Below, in pieces: positions 1-9,632 of a DNA stretch of 64,000 nucleotides. The stretch's first letter is position 1. Each line of letters opens with the position of its first letter. Below the pieces are notes generated by a model. That model was not told the origin of the DNA, made no database searches, and was given only the letters and a program-made list of their open reading frames with translations. This DNA is from a virus. Where the stretch lies: IMG/VR virus record IMGVR_UViG_3300025928_000005, positions 32,001 through 96,000 of that record; one strand, 5' to 3'. The translations under genes and the position numbers were made by a program.

Positions 1-2134
1 GCTGGGTTTGAGGGATCAGGCGAATCGCCGCGGTCGCGGTCGCGTCGCAGATGGAGACGCCGTTCTGCTGGGTGATGGTGCCGCGGCCGATGTACGTGTG
101 GGCGCTGGTGGGCGGCGTGTTGTTCTGGGTCACCTTCAGGGTCGCGAACGCGGCCGCGGCCGGTGCGACGCCGATGACGAAGTTGTTGGTCCACGTGTTG
201 CTGATCGTGCTGAACTGGGCGCTCGTCGAGGAGCTGATGGCGACGAGGCTCGAGTTGAGGAATGTCAGGGTGACGGTGTAGCCGTTCCACGTCGCGGTTC
301 CCGCGCCGAACAGGTAGGCGTCCGCCTGGTAGACGAACCCCGGCGTGACGGCCGGCGCGGCCGTCGTCGTGATCTGCACGCTGTTCGTGCTGCTGGTCCC
401 GTTGGGGGTCCACAGGGCGATGTTGTTCGACGTCAGGCGCGTGTCGGCGCTGTTGTTGGGCCACGAGAAGCCGCTGACCGCCGCGAGGGTCGCGTTGGTC
501 GCGCTCCATCCCGAAGTGCCGGGGGCGAAGACGGGGTTGTTGTTGAGCGGATTGACCGAGTAGACCCGGGAGTTGTTGCCGCCGCTGGTGACCTGCGCCA
601 CGATGTTGACCGCGACGTCACCGAGCGTGTCGACGTTGTTGATGCTGTGAACCGTGTGGTCGTCGTAGGCGCTCCACCCGTTGAGAAGGACCTGGTCGAT
701 CGTCCAGGACGTGGCCCGGTTGGTCGCGGCCGCGGAGATGACGAGGTCGGTCTGCGAGGGCGTGGTGGTCACGCCGGTCGCGGAGGAGAGAGCGAACGCG
801 CTCGCGGTGGTGTCGACGTCGAGCCAGGACGGCATGCCGCTGACCTGCCACACCTGAGCCGCCATGCCGGTGACCTGGCTGAGCGGCGCGATGGACACCT
901 CGGTGGTCGACGCCGACACGTTGGGTGCGGCCCAGATGGCGACGCGCGCCGCGGAGCTGAACCCGCCGTTGGGCACGAGGGTCACCTGGGACGCGTACAT
1001 GATGTCCCACGGCTTGGGGTTCGCGAACATGACGACGCCGACGCCGACGAACGCGGCGTTCGTCGGCGCCTGGCCCGCGACCGTCACCTGCGACCACTCA
1101 CCCTGCGGCGCGAAGGAGCTGTTGGAGTAGGTGGTGGAGATGAACACCTTGGAGCCGTCGTACCAGTTGAGCGCCGTCGCGACGTAGTAGTACCCGGTGG
1201 GTGAGTAGAAGTACGCGTTGCCGGTGTAGAACAGGGACGGCGTGATCCCCACCAGGTCAGCGGTGTCCGTCATCAGGCTGACTTGGCTCGACGTGCCGCT
1301 GGGCGAGATCTTGATCGACGGCAGGTTGTTGAGCGTCTCCGCGGTGGAGGACGTGAACGTCGCCCCGGAACCGGTCCAGCCGGTCAGGGGCGCGTTCACG
1401 GCGAAGTACGGGTTGACGTTGAGCACCGTCTGCTCGGCGAGGCCCGCGTTCGACGCGTACCAGATGTTGGCCGCGGTGGGCGTGCCGCCGGCGGCCACGG
1501 TCACCGTCGCGGTCACCGCGGTGCCGGGTGCCTTCGCGCTGGTGACCACCTGGGTCCAGGTCTGGGCGCTGACGACGTTGTCCGCCCCCGTCACCGTGGA
1601 GATGACGGTGCCGCCGCCGTCGTACCAGGTGATGTCCACGTGCACGTGGGACTCGGCGCTCGTGAACCACACGTAGGCGGAGCCGGTGACGAGGTTGTAG
1701 CGGATGTTCGAGATGTTGACCTTGCCGCTGGTGATCGACACCGTGGCGCTGGTGCCGTTGTTGACGACCTGGCCCGCGAAGGCGTTGTTGCCGAGGGTGC
1801 GCGCGGCGCTCGCGGTCAGGGTGCCGTTGGTCGCGGTCCAGCCGGTCGTCGTGCCGCTCTGAAAGCTGTAGTTCTGGTTGAGCAGGAACGTCGCGCTCGT
1901 GGGGGACACGGGAGACGTCGCGACGGGCACCCAGTAGTTGCTGCCGTCGTCGCCGACGCTGATCGACGCGGGAAGCTGAGGCACCTCGTGCCAACCCACG
2001 AACGCGAACAACCAGTTGCCGCCGCTGACGCTGCTGATCGCGATGTTCAGCATCTGGTTGCTGGGCTGCGTCGTGGTGTAGATGTCCGGCACCGACCACG
2101 AGCCGCCCCACGTGTTGGTGACCACGGGGGCCAT
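1..2134 (-). CDS. minor tail protein with repeated CBM-like beta-sandwich segments (runs off window end)
   Basis: ATG at 2134 overlaps the tape-measure stop. The frame reads MAPVVTNTWGGSW..., is T/S/N-rich and has two similar units (NYSFQSGTTTGW...WYDGGG, NPYFAVNAPLTGW...WYDGSK). It is absent from the ORF track, consistent with its stop lying outside the window. Confidence 0.75.
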   Translation of the reverse strand, partial: MAPVVTNTWGGSWSVPDIYTTTQPSNQMLNIAISSVSGGNWLFAFVGWHEVPQLPASISVGDDGSNYWVPVATSPVSPTSATFLLNQNYSFQSGTTTGWTATNGTLTASAARTLGNNAFAGQVVNNGTSATVSITSGKVNISNIRYNLVTGSAYVWFTSAESHVHVDITWYDGGGTVISTVTGADNVVSAQTWTQVVTSAKAPGTAVTATVTVAAGGTPTAANIWYASNAGLAEQTVLNVNPYFAVNAPLTGWTGSGATFTSSTAETLNNLPSIKISPSGTSSQVSLMTDTADLVGITPSLFYTGNAYFYSPTGYYYVATALNWYDGSKVFISTTYSNSSFAPQGEWSQVTVAGQAPTNAAFVGVGVVMFANPKPWDIMYASQVTLVPNGGFSSAARVAIWAAPNVSASTTEVSIAPLSQVTGMAAQVWQVSGMPSWLDVDTTASAFALSSATGVTTTPSQTDLVISAAATNRATSWTIDQVLLNGWSAYDDHTVHSINNVDTLGDVAVNIVAQVTSGGNNSRVYSVNPLNNNPVFAPGTSGWSATNATLAAVSGFSWPNNSADTRLTSNNIALWTPNGTSSTNSVQITTTAAPAVTPGFVYQADAYLFGAGTATWNGYTVTLTFLNSSLVAISSSTSAQFSTISNTWTNNFVIGVAPAAAAFATLKVTQNNTPPTSAHTYIGRGTITQQNGVSICDATATAAIRLIPQTQ

Positions 2135-5100
2135 CAGGCGCTCCCTCGACCGAAGAGGGACAGGCCGTTGGTGGGGTTTCGCAGGTTGTAGCGCAGCGTC
2201 TGGGTTTGGGTGAGCTCCCGCAGCTGCTTCTCCGCGATCACCGAACCCTGCACGTTGTTGTTGATGACGAGGATGCCGCCGCCCGCGCCGCCGGCGGCGA
2301 GGCCGGCGGCGCCGCTGGGCAGGCCGAGGCCGAGTGGCGTCGTGGCGCCGCTGAGACCCGCGGTGAGGGTTCCCTTGACGGCGCTGACGGCGGACGTGAT
2401 GAGGTGGGAGTTGCTGGTCATGCCGAGGGCGATGCCCTCCACGATGCCGATGCCGACGGTGTCGGCCATGACCTTGGACGGCGAGTTGATGCCGAGGGCG
2501 TCCATGAAGCCCTGCTTGACGGCGCTGGCGAAGTCGGCGATGTTGCTCATCAGCCAGTTCCAGCCGCTGGTGATGCCGGACCACAGGCCGTGCACGATGT
2601 CGGCACCGGCGCTGAGAAGCCAGCTGCCCGCCGACTGCATCGGGTTCTTCACCGCGTTCTTGACGCTGTTGCCGCCGCCGGCCATGATGTTGGCGATGTC
2701 CCCGATCTTGTGCATGATGCCGTCGATGAAGCCCTGCACGAGGTCGCGGGCAGTGTTCTCGAGCCAGTGGTACGCGTCGCTGACCCAGCCCCTGATCTGG
2801 TTGGGGAGGTTCTGCCACCAGTTCTTGAGGTCGGTGAGCTTCTGGGCGAGGCCGTTGATGAAGCCGTTGACCGTGTCCTTGCCGGTCGTCAGCATCCACA
2901 CGCCGGCGTCGGCGGCGGCCTTCTTGATCTCGTTTGGGAGCTGGGTCGTGAAGAAGTCGGTGATCGACTTGACCTTGCTGTTGATGCCCTGACCGAGGTT
3001 GAGCATGAGGTCGCTGCCCCACTTGAACGCCTCACCGGCCGCGTGGCCGAGCGCGTAGCCGATGATGGTGGGCATGTTCTTGAACAGGAAGCCGATGTCA
3101 TCCAGGGTGCTCTTGACCTTGTCCCTCAGGGCCTGCATGGCCGCGCTCCACGCGGTCTGGATGTCCTTCTTGAGCTGGTCGACTGCCGTGGTGAAGAAGC
3201 CGGGGACGCTGTTGATGATCCGACCGAGGGTGATGAAGCCGTCCTGCGCGTGCTGAGGCAGCTGAAGCAGCGGGGTGATGAGGTCGTTGGCCTTGGTCGT
3301 GAGGTTGACGAAGGACTTCGCGGCGACGTCGAGGCCACTCGCGGCGAGGTTGAGGATGGCCGAGCCGATCTTGGCCGTGGCGTTGACGAAGGGCTCGGCG
3401 TCCTTGACCAGCTCGGTCAGGTTCTTGATGATCGGGACGAGCGAGGGAAGCGCGTCCTCGAACGCCTTCGCGAGGTTGATGACGGGCGGGATGAGGTCCG
3501 GCAGGACCTTCGCGATCTCCTTGAGGATCTCGTTGGCGAGGTCGGTGAGCGGCGGCAGCAGCGGCGTGAGGCCGTCGAGCAGGTTCTGAAACGCCTGTCC
3601 GAGATCGTTGCCGAGCTCGTCGGCGATCTTCTGCACCGTGGGCAGCAGCGGCTCGAGCGCCCTCAGAAAGTCGTCGATGTAGGTGACGACGACGGCGAGC
3701 GGCGGCGCGATGATCTTGAGCGCGTCGACGAGCAGCGAGCCGATGACCTTGACGAGGTCGTTGAAGACGGCGGCGAGCGGCCCCATGACCGGCCTCAGCG
3801 CCTGGAACGCGTCACCGATGGTCTTGATGATGCCCTTGAAGGCCTCGCCGATGTCGGTGTTCTTCGCCATGTCCTGAAAGGCGGTGTTCAGCATCTTGAA
3901 CAGGTCGATCGCGGCCGGCATCATGACGTTGCCGATGCTGATCGCCGTGGTCTCGAGCTGGGCCTTGAACTGCGAGAACACGAAGCTGAGGTTGTTCTGC
4001 ACCTCGGAGAAGCCGACGACGTTGCCCTGGGCGTCGGCGGTCGCGCCGCCGACCTTCGCGATGGCGGCGCTGAGGGTGTCGGCGTCGCCGCTCGTGACCT
4101 CGAGCGCGGCCTGCAGGCCGGGGGACGTGCCGATCAGCTTCTTCATCGCCTCGGGGACGGTCTGCCCCACGGCGGCGGCGTTCTTCTCCGCGACCTGCCG
4201 CAGCCACTCGAGGGTGCCGGAGAGCCCGTCCGTGCCGAGGTGCTGCCGCACGTCATCGGTCGTGATGTTGAGCTCGCCGAACTCCTTCTTCATCTGGTTC
4301 GTGGGGGCGATGAGGCTCTTGATCGCGGCGGCGACGTCCTGGGCGGCGCGCTGGGCGGTCGTGCCCTTCGCGGTCATCGCGGCCTCGACCGTGGCCACGT
4401 CCTGGAAGCTGAGGCCCACCGATTGGGCGATGGGCAGGACCGTGGAGAGGGACTTCGAGAAGGCGTCGAAGTTGGTCTTGCCGAAGGAGATGGCGGTGAC
4501 CATCTTGCTGGTGATGTCGCCGGCCTGGTCCGCGGTGAGGTTGTAGTCCTTCATGACCGTGGTGACGGCGTCGGCGACGTGGGTCAGGTCGGCGCCCTCG
4601 TCCTTGGCGCCCTCCGCGGCGGCCTGCATGACCTTGAGGCCGTCCGCGGCGTGGTAGCCGGCGGACTCGATGGGGTACATCGCCGCGGCCAGCTGGTTCG
4701 CGGTGAAGCCGACCTTCGAGGACATGTCGAGCAGGCCCTGGCTGACCATGCCCGTCGCCTGCTGCGACTCGCCGGCGCTGGTGACGAGCCGGGTGACGGC
4801 GGCCTGGAAGTCGCCGGCCATCGTGAGGCTTCCGGCCGCGACCCCGGCGACGGCGATGCCGGTCTTCTCGGCGAGGCCCGCGATGGTGGCGCCGACGCCG
4901 TCGAGCAGGCCACTGGAGGCGGAGGCTCTCGACGCGGCGCCCTCGCTCGCGGCCGCCGCGGCGTCCTGGGAGGCCGCGGCGGCGTCGGCGGCGGCACCGA
5001 GGCGGTCGAAGGAGGCCGCGGCCTCGTCGGCGGCAACCGCGATCGCGGTCGCGGACTCCTCCATCGCGGCCGACGCCTCCGTCGCCGCGGACGCGATGGT

Positions 5101-5247
5101 CGCGGCGAACTCGTCCACCATCGCGCTGGCGTCGACCATGGCCGCGTCGAGCTCCGTGAGGGACTCGATCGAGACCTGCATGCCCTCGAGCCACTGCGCG
5201 GTGTTGACGATGAGGTCGAGGACCGCGGGAGGCAGCTCCTCAGCCAC
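2134..5247 (-). CDS. tape measure protein (TP901 family)
   Basis: About 1037 aa, Ala-rich and helical, with a TP901-like core and amphipathic repeats. Lies downstream of the tail chaperones. GTG start at 5247 is likely. Confidence 0.92.
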   Translation of the reverse strand: MAEELPPAVLDLIVNTAQWLEGMQVSIESLTELDAAMVDASAMVDEFAATIASAATEASAAMEESATAIAVAADEAAASFDRLGAAADAAAASQDAAAAASEGAASRASASSGLLDGVGATIAGLAEKTGIAVAGVAAGSLTMAGDFQAAVTRLVTSAGESQQATGMVSQGLLDMSSKVGFTANQLAAAMYPIESAGYHAADGLKVMQAAAEGAKDEGADLTHVADAVTTVMKDYNLTADQAGDITSKMVTAISFGKTNFDAFSKSLSTVLPIAQSVGLSFQDVATVEAAMTAKGTTAQRAAQDVAAAIKSLIAPTNQMKKEFGELNITTDDVRQHLGTDGLSGTLEWLRQVAEKNAAAVGQTVPEAMKKLIGTSPGLQAALEVTSGDADTLSAAIAKVGGATADAQGNVVGFSEVQNNLSFVFSQFKAQLETTAISIGNVMMPAAIDLFKMLNTAFQDMAKNTDIGEAFKGIIKTIGDAFQALRPVMGPLAAVFNDLVKVIGSLLVDALKIIAPPLAVVVTYIDDFLRALEPLLPTVQKIADELGNDLGQAFQNLLDGLTPLLPPLTDLANEILKEIAKVLPDLIPPVINLAKAFEDALPSLVPIIKNLTELVKDAEPFVNATAKIGSAILNLAASGLDVAAKSFVNLTTKANDLITPLLQLPQHAQDGFITLGRIINSVPGFFTTAVDQLKKDIQTAWSAAMQALRDKVKSTLDDIGFLFKNMPTIIGYALGHAAGEAFKWGSDLMLNLGQGINSKVKSITDFFTTQLPNEIKKAAADAGVWMLTTGKDTVNGFINGLAQKLTDLKNWWQNLPNQIRGWVSDAYHWLENTARDLVQGFIDGIMHKIGDIANIMAGGGNSVKNAVKNPMQSAGSWLLSAGADIVHGLWSGITSGWNWLMSNIADFASAVKQGFMDALGINSPSKVMADTVGIGIVEGIALGMTSNSHLITSAVSAVKGTLTAGLSGATTPLGLGLPSGAAGLAAGGAGGGILVINNNVQGSVIAEKQLRELTQTQTLRYNLRNPTNGLSLFGRGSA

Positions 5248-5665
5248 CGCTGATCGCCTCACCGATCACGACGAGCGCGACCTCGTAGGCCTCGGTGGCC
5301 GCGGCCTCCCAGGCCGGGATCAGGTAGGGTCGGGAGGGAAGCTCGGTCGAGTAGCCGGGTCCCGCCGTGCCGCCGAGCTCCTGGATGCGGGCGTAGGGCG
5401 CCGTGGCGCCCACCTGGACGACGCCGTCGCCGAGCACGCTGACCTCGAGGCTGCCGGCCAGGTGGCCGGTGATCATCGCCGGTGGCTCACCCGGTGGTGC
5501 GGGGGTGGGCGTGCCGAGCGCGTGGGAGGTGCGGGTGAGCTGGGTGCGGGCCTCCCGGGCCACGGCCTCACCCATCGCCTCGGCGGCCGGCGTGGCCGCG
5601 GCCACGCCGGCGGTCATGATCAGACCGAGCGCGTCGATCGCCGCCCGGGCCCCGGTGCTCGCCAC
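5240..5665 (-). CDS. HK97 gp10-like neck/tail protein
   Basis: Motifs PGEPPAMITGHLAGS, APYARIQELG and LPSRPYLIPA. GGAGG RBS before the GTG at 5665. Confidence 0.7.
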   Translation of the reverse strand: MASTGARAAIDALGLIMTAGVAAATPAAEAMGEAVAREARTQLTRTSHALGTPTPAPPGEPPAMITGHLAGSLEVSVLGDGVVQVGATAPYARIQELGGTAGPGYSTELPSRPYLIPAWEAAATEAYEVALVVIGEAISGG

Positions 5666-5667
5666 GG

Positions 5668-5934
5668 TCACCTCCTGATCGGTCCGTGCGTGGAGTTGGC
5701 TTGCTGCTTGCTGCGGAACTCGTGGGCCTCGTGCGCCGCCTCCTCCACGGTCGGCAGCCACTCGAGGGCCTCGATGGGTAGGGCGTCAACCTGGTCCGGG
5801 GTCCAGCCGTAGACCTTCGCGTACCAGCGCCACAGGAGCACCCGCTCCGGCATCCCCTCCGGCAGGGGCACGTGCTGTTGCCCCTGGCTGAGGAAGAAGG
5901 CGACTAGCCGGCGGCGGGCGTCTCGCGGTTTGGG
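5668..5934 (-). CDS. tail assembly chaperone, -1 frameshift extension (gpGT-like C-terminal part)
   Basis: In the -1 frame relative to 5904-6251, entered at CCCAAAC. Contains a YGWTPDQVDALP motif. Confidence 0.75.
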   Translation of the reverse strand, partial: PKPRDARRRLVAFFLSQGQQHVPLPEGMPERVLLWRWYAKVYGWTPDQVDALPIEALEWLPTVEEAAHEAHEFRSKQQANSTHGPIRR

Positions 5935-6251
5935 AGCTTGGCCGTCACCCGCTTGAGGAGGGCGTCGGTCTTGGCGTGGAGCTCCAGGTAGTCGTCGAGG
6001 TCCAGGGCGGCGACCGCGTCGACGCCGCCGCCCTGGCTCGGGATCGGCTCGGGGTAGGACCACCCCGTGATGATGTTCGCGAGCAGGGTGTCATGCATGC
6101 GGTCGGTGAGGTCGCCGCCCACCTCCTGCTCGATGCGGTCGTCACCCTGCTTGACCGTGATGCGAACCAGGGTGTTGACCGCGGTGCGGTCGCCGCCCTG
6201 CAGCCTGTCTCGGACCTCGACCCAGCTGCCGCTGGACAGCTCCACTCGCAT
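5904..6251 (-). CDS. tail assembly chaperone (gpG-like)
   Basis: Directly follows the major tail gene, has a GGAGGAG RBS and a slippery heptamer near its 3' end. Confidence 0.8.
   Translation of the reverse strand: MRVELSSGSWVEVRDRLQGGDRTAVNTLVRITVKQGDDRIEQEVGGDLTDRMHDTLLANIITGWSYPEPIPSQGGGVDAVAALDLDDYLELHAKTDALLKRVTAKLPNRETPAAG
5928..5934 (-). other. -1 programmed ribosomal frameshift slippery site C CCA AAC
   Basis: XXXYYYZ heptamer in the correct phase (CTC CCA AAC). The -1 frame is open to 5668. Confidence 0.75.
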
Positions 6252-6263
6252 AGCTCCTCCGAC

Positions 6264-7490
6264 CTAGTACGGCGCGTAGTTGTTGGTGACGATGACGGTG
6301 ACGGGGCCGAGGCCGCCGGAGCCGCCGCTGTTGCTGCTGTTGGCGACGGCCGTGATGCCGTCGTCGTAGCCGACGAGGACGCCGCCGCGGTTGATCTTGG
6401 ACTTGATGAACGCGGCCTGAGCCATCACGAACGTGTAGTTGATGTGGCTGGTGCCGCTGAGGCCGTTGTCGACGTTGATGACGACGGCAGGCTGGGTGTT
6501 GTTCAGATACTGCAGGAGGGCGGTCTCGTCGTAGGCGACGCTGAAGTTCAGGGTGCCGGACGCGTCGAGGGGGCCGCGGGCGATGATGTACGGGTTCTGG
6601 AAGCCCTGGTTGGTCCAGTAGACCTGCAGCGTGCGCTTGATCGTCATGGCCCACTGGCCGATGTCGTAGATCGCGGACGAGCCGATCGTGATGTTGGTGC
6701 GCCAGGCCGGGATCGGCACCACGAAGTTGCTGCTGATGGTGGGGGTCGAGGCGGCGGGCTGGCTGATCCAGGAGTTGCCGGACACCTTCGCCATGAACAG
6801 CGCCTCGGCGCTGCCGGTGAAGTCGATCTGGCTGACGCACAGGGACGGGTAGGACCGCGCGCCCACCGTGGTGGTGAGGGCGGTATAGTCCGTCGCGGTG
6901 TGGGTGGGCGGCTGGCCGGTGCCGCTGTTGAGGATGTTGAACCGGTGCGTGTAGGACCCGGACACCGTCTGCACGGTGGCGTTGTTGGCGTGGTTGAACC
7001 GCAGCGGGTAGCCGGTGAACGTGAGCGAGTTGCCGGCGGCCGCGGAGAGCTTGACCACCTCGGCGAGGTTGCCGACGTCGATCTGCACGTTCTGGCTGGC
7101 GGCGAAGCCGGCGGTCGTGCCGACGGTGACGTTGGTGTTGCCGGCCGAGCTGGCGGCGGACGTGTTGGAGGTGCCGCCGATGGCGGGCTGGCCGCTGGTG
7201 GACAGGTCACCGAACGCGTTGTCGAGGAAGTAGCCGTAGACGTCGCCGAAGACGGGGCCACCGTAGTTGAACGTCGCGTCCTCGACGCCCTGGATCTCCT
7301 GGTAGACGAGGGCCATGGAGCCGCGGATCGCCTCGTCGGGGAGGTACTTGACGAGGTCCTCGGGCTCGTAGGTGCCCTTGTCGAGGGGGATCGTGACGAC
7401 CGGCAGGACCGGGTTGCCGACGGTGGTCTCGCGGGCGATCCCCAGCCAGGTCTTGGTGGAGGGCGAGACGAAGGGTGGGATGTTGCTCAT
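6264..7490 (-). CDS. major tail (tube) protein
   Basis: 408 aa, N-terminal WLGIARET motif, positioned between the tail terminator and the chaperones. Confidence 0.8.
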   Translation of the reverse strand: MSNIPPFVSPSTKTWLGIARETTVGNPVLPVVTIPLDKGTYEPEDLVKYLPDEAIRGSMALVYQEIQGVEDATFNYGGPVFGDVYGYFLDNAFGDLSTSGQPAIGGTSNTSAASSAGNTNVTVGTTAGFAASQNVQIDVGNLAEVVKLSAAAGNSLTFTGYPLRFNHANNATVQTVSGSYTHRFNILNSGTGQPPTHTATDYTALTTTVGARSYPSLCVSQIDFTGSAEALFMAKVSGNSWISQPAASTPTISSNFVVPIPAWRTNITIGSSAIYDIGQWAMTIKRTLQVYWTNQGFQNPYIIARGPLDASGTLNFSVAYDETALLQYLNNTQPAVVINVDNGLSGTSHINYTFVMAQAAFIKSKINRGGVLVGYDDGITAVANSSNSGGSGGLGPVTVIVTNNYAPY

Positions 7491-7536
7491 CGAGCGCCTC
7501 CAGTCGGGATGGCTGAGGTCACACAGCTCCTTCTCA

Positions 7537-8058
7537 CTAGGCTGCGAACACCTCGTTGATCACGAGCGTGATCAAGGCATCGTAGCGGTTGTACCGCTGG
7601 TCCACGAGCGCCCGGAGCGTGATCTGGTAGTCCATGACCTCACCCACGTCGATCAGGTAGCTCTCCCGGTTGGTCCACGGGTCGAGCAGGACCGGCGTGG
7701 TGTCGGGTGAGAGCCGCAGCTTCTCCATCACCCAGTCGACCATCCCAGGGAAGAGCGTGTCGGCGTCGGGATCGTCATCCTGCCCGAACCACACGAGGTA
7801 GACGTCGAGGCGGTGCTGCTGGGTCTTGAGCCCGGCGGCAGAGTTCGGAGACGTGGTAGCGCGTGGAATGGTGCCGCCGTGGGCGGGGTTGCGGTTCTCC
7901 CGGCCCCGGGAGGGCCACACGTACGCCTGCGGGACGTTCGCGTCGACGTTGGGATCGGGTGGGGTGATCTGGCACTGCAGGGCCGGCAGGTTCGTGATGG
8001 GCCACGTGAGGCCGTTCAGGAGCTCGCTGACGTAGACCTGCGTGGTGTTGATCGGCAC
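7537..8058 (-). CDS. tail terminator / head-tail joining protein
   Basis: Size and synteny; GAGGGAGG RBS. Confidence 0.55.
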   Translation of the reverse strand: MPINTTQVYVSELLNGLTWPITNLPALQCQITPPDPNVDANVPQAYVWPSRGRENRNPAHGGTIPRATTSPNSAAGLKTQQHRLDVYLVWFGQDDDPDADTLFPGMVDWVMEKLRLSPDTTPVLLDPWTNRESYLIDVGEVMDYQITLRALVDQRYNRYDALITLVINEVFAA

Positions 8059-8073
8059 CGGCGGTCCTCCCTC

Positions 8074-8493
8074 TCAGCGACGTCGACGACCTTGCCGGCG
8101 GCCGCGTCGCCCGGCGTGGTGACGGTGCGCGTGGTGGACCACGTGCGAGTGTCTCTTGTGGTGAAAGCCCTTGCGCACGTGCCGGCGGTGCGTGTAGTGG
8201 GCGCGGCGACGGGCGTGGTGCTCGGCGGCGCGGCGCTTCTTCTCCGCGTGACGCCTGCGCGTGTAGTGGGCGCGAACGACGCGGTGCGTGAACCTGCGCT
8301 TGCCGTGGCTTCCCTTGTGAGGGTGCCGGTGGCCGGCGGTGCGGTGCCGGTGGGAGTGGCGCAGCACGTGTCGGTGTCGGGCCACGTGGGCGCGACGGTG
8401 AGCTCGCCGCGCCGCGCCGCGAGCGTGGTGAACGTTGCGGGCGCGGGAGTGCCGCCCGGCCGGGTGCAGGCCGAGCGTGCGGTGAAACGCCAC
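8074..8493 (-). CDS. His/Arg-rich, highly basic protein
   Basis: Fills the gap between its neighbours exactly, has high-GC3 codons, and about half its residues are H or R. Confidence 0.7.
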   Translation of the reverse strand: MAFHRTLGLHPAGRHSRARNVHHARGAARRAHRRAHVARHRHVLRHSHRHRTAGHRHPHKGSHGKRRFTHRVVRAHYTRRRHAEKKRRAAEHHARRRAHYTHRRHVRKGFHHKRHSHVVHHAHRHHAGRRGRRQGRRRR

Positions 8494-9441
8494 CTACACG
8501 GTGCGCCGGAAGGGATCGAGCAGAAGCTCGGCCTCCCCGGCGAGGTCGGCGGGGCTCTTGACGCCGGCGGTGCTGCCGCCGCCACCGGGGATGGTCTGTA
8601 CCGTGGTGGCCGTGGCGCCGCGGGTGAGGGCGATGCTGCTGCCGTAGAGGATGACGGCCCAGATCACGGACTGCGGCAGGGTGGACACCATGACGCCGGC
8701 GGCGTGGGCGTACTGCAGGGGCGCGCTCAGCGTCAGGGAGCCGGGGCCGGCGACCGCGGAGGCGGCGGTGACGTGCGCGACCTCCTGGCTGCCGGAGTCG
8801 AACACGGTGCCGGTCGCGCCGGTGACCCCGAGCGCCTCGGAGGTGACCGCCCAACCGGTGCAGTCGTCGACCTGGAGGGTCGTCGCGCCGGCGGAGGTGG
8901 GGGCGGTGAGGGACGTGTGCGGCCAGCCGTTGATGTACTGGCACTTGACGACGTAGCCGTTGCGGCCGAGCGCCCAGTTGACCCAGCCGGGGGCGAAGAC
9001 GATGGACTGGCCGCCCTCGCCGGCGGCGGATGGGGCGCTGGAGCCGTAGACGCCGATGACGGGGTGCTCGATGTCGTAGGCGTTGGTGGGCAGGATGGCG
9101 TACTGCCGAGGGAAGACGTTGGGGGAGACCGCGAGGCTGACGATCTGCAGGACGGGCCAGCGCTGCAGGATGAAGCGGCCGTTGCCGGTGCCGTTCTGGA
9201 CCGTGATGCGGAAGTCGGGGCCCTGCTGGATCTCGGTGTCGAGCGTGGCCCGCAGCACCTGGTTGCAGTAGGTGTCGGCCTCGCCGGTCGCGCGGGCGCA
9301 GATGTTGGCCTGCTCCGCGAGCTGTTGGGCGGGCGTGGTGCCGCGGCCGGGCGGGATGGAGGACCACGAGATGCCGGTGGGCGCGGACGTGAGCAGCTCG
9401 GGCGTGACGTAGGGGGTGAGGGGGCCGACCGGCAGCGTCAC
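8494..9441 (-). CDS. head-to-tail adaptor
   Basis: N-terminal YVTPELL...RATGEADTYC and C-terminal AELLLDPFRR, typical of gp6/gp15-like adaptors; synteny. Confidence 0.65.
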   Translation of the reverse strand: MTLPVGPLTPYVTPELLTSAPTGISWSSIPPGRGTTPAQQLAEQANICARATGEADTYCNQVLRATLDTEIQQGPDFRITVQNGTGNGRFILQRWPVLQIVSLAVSPNVFPRQYAILPTNAYDIEHPVIGVYGSSAPSAAGEGGQSIVFAPGWVNWALGRNGYVVKCQYINGWPHTSLTAPTSAGATTLQVDDCTGWAVTSEALGVTGATGTVFDSGSQEVAHVTAASAVAGPGSLTLSAPLQYAHAAGVMVSTLPQSVIWAVILYGSSIALTRGATATTVQTIPGGGGSTAGVKSPADLAGEAELLLDPFRRTV

Positions 9442-9629
9442 GTGGTCACCGTTCTCTCAGCCTTGATGCACTTGCGGCACAGGTAGCCGTCGCGGTCGGT
9501 GACCCAGATCGCGTGCTTGACGCAGAGCGGCACGAGGCAGGCCACGCACTGGGTGAAGGGCTGGGTGGAGGCGGCGCGCCTGCCGCGGCGAACGGTCCCG
9601 CACCGGCCGCAGACGCCCCGCCTCGACAC
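9438..9629 (-). CDS. small Cys-rich zinc-finger protein
   Basis: CGRC, CVAC, CVKH and CRKC; translationally coupled. Confidence 0.6.
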   Translation of the reverse strand: MSRRGVCGRCGTVRRGRRAASTQPFTQCVACLVPLCVKHAIWVTDRDGYLCRKCIKAERTVTT

Positions 9630-9632
9630 TCG

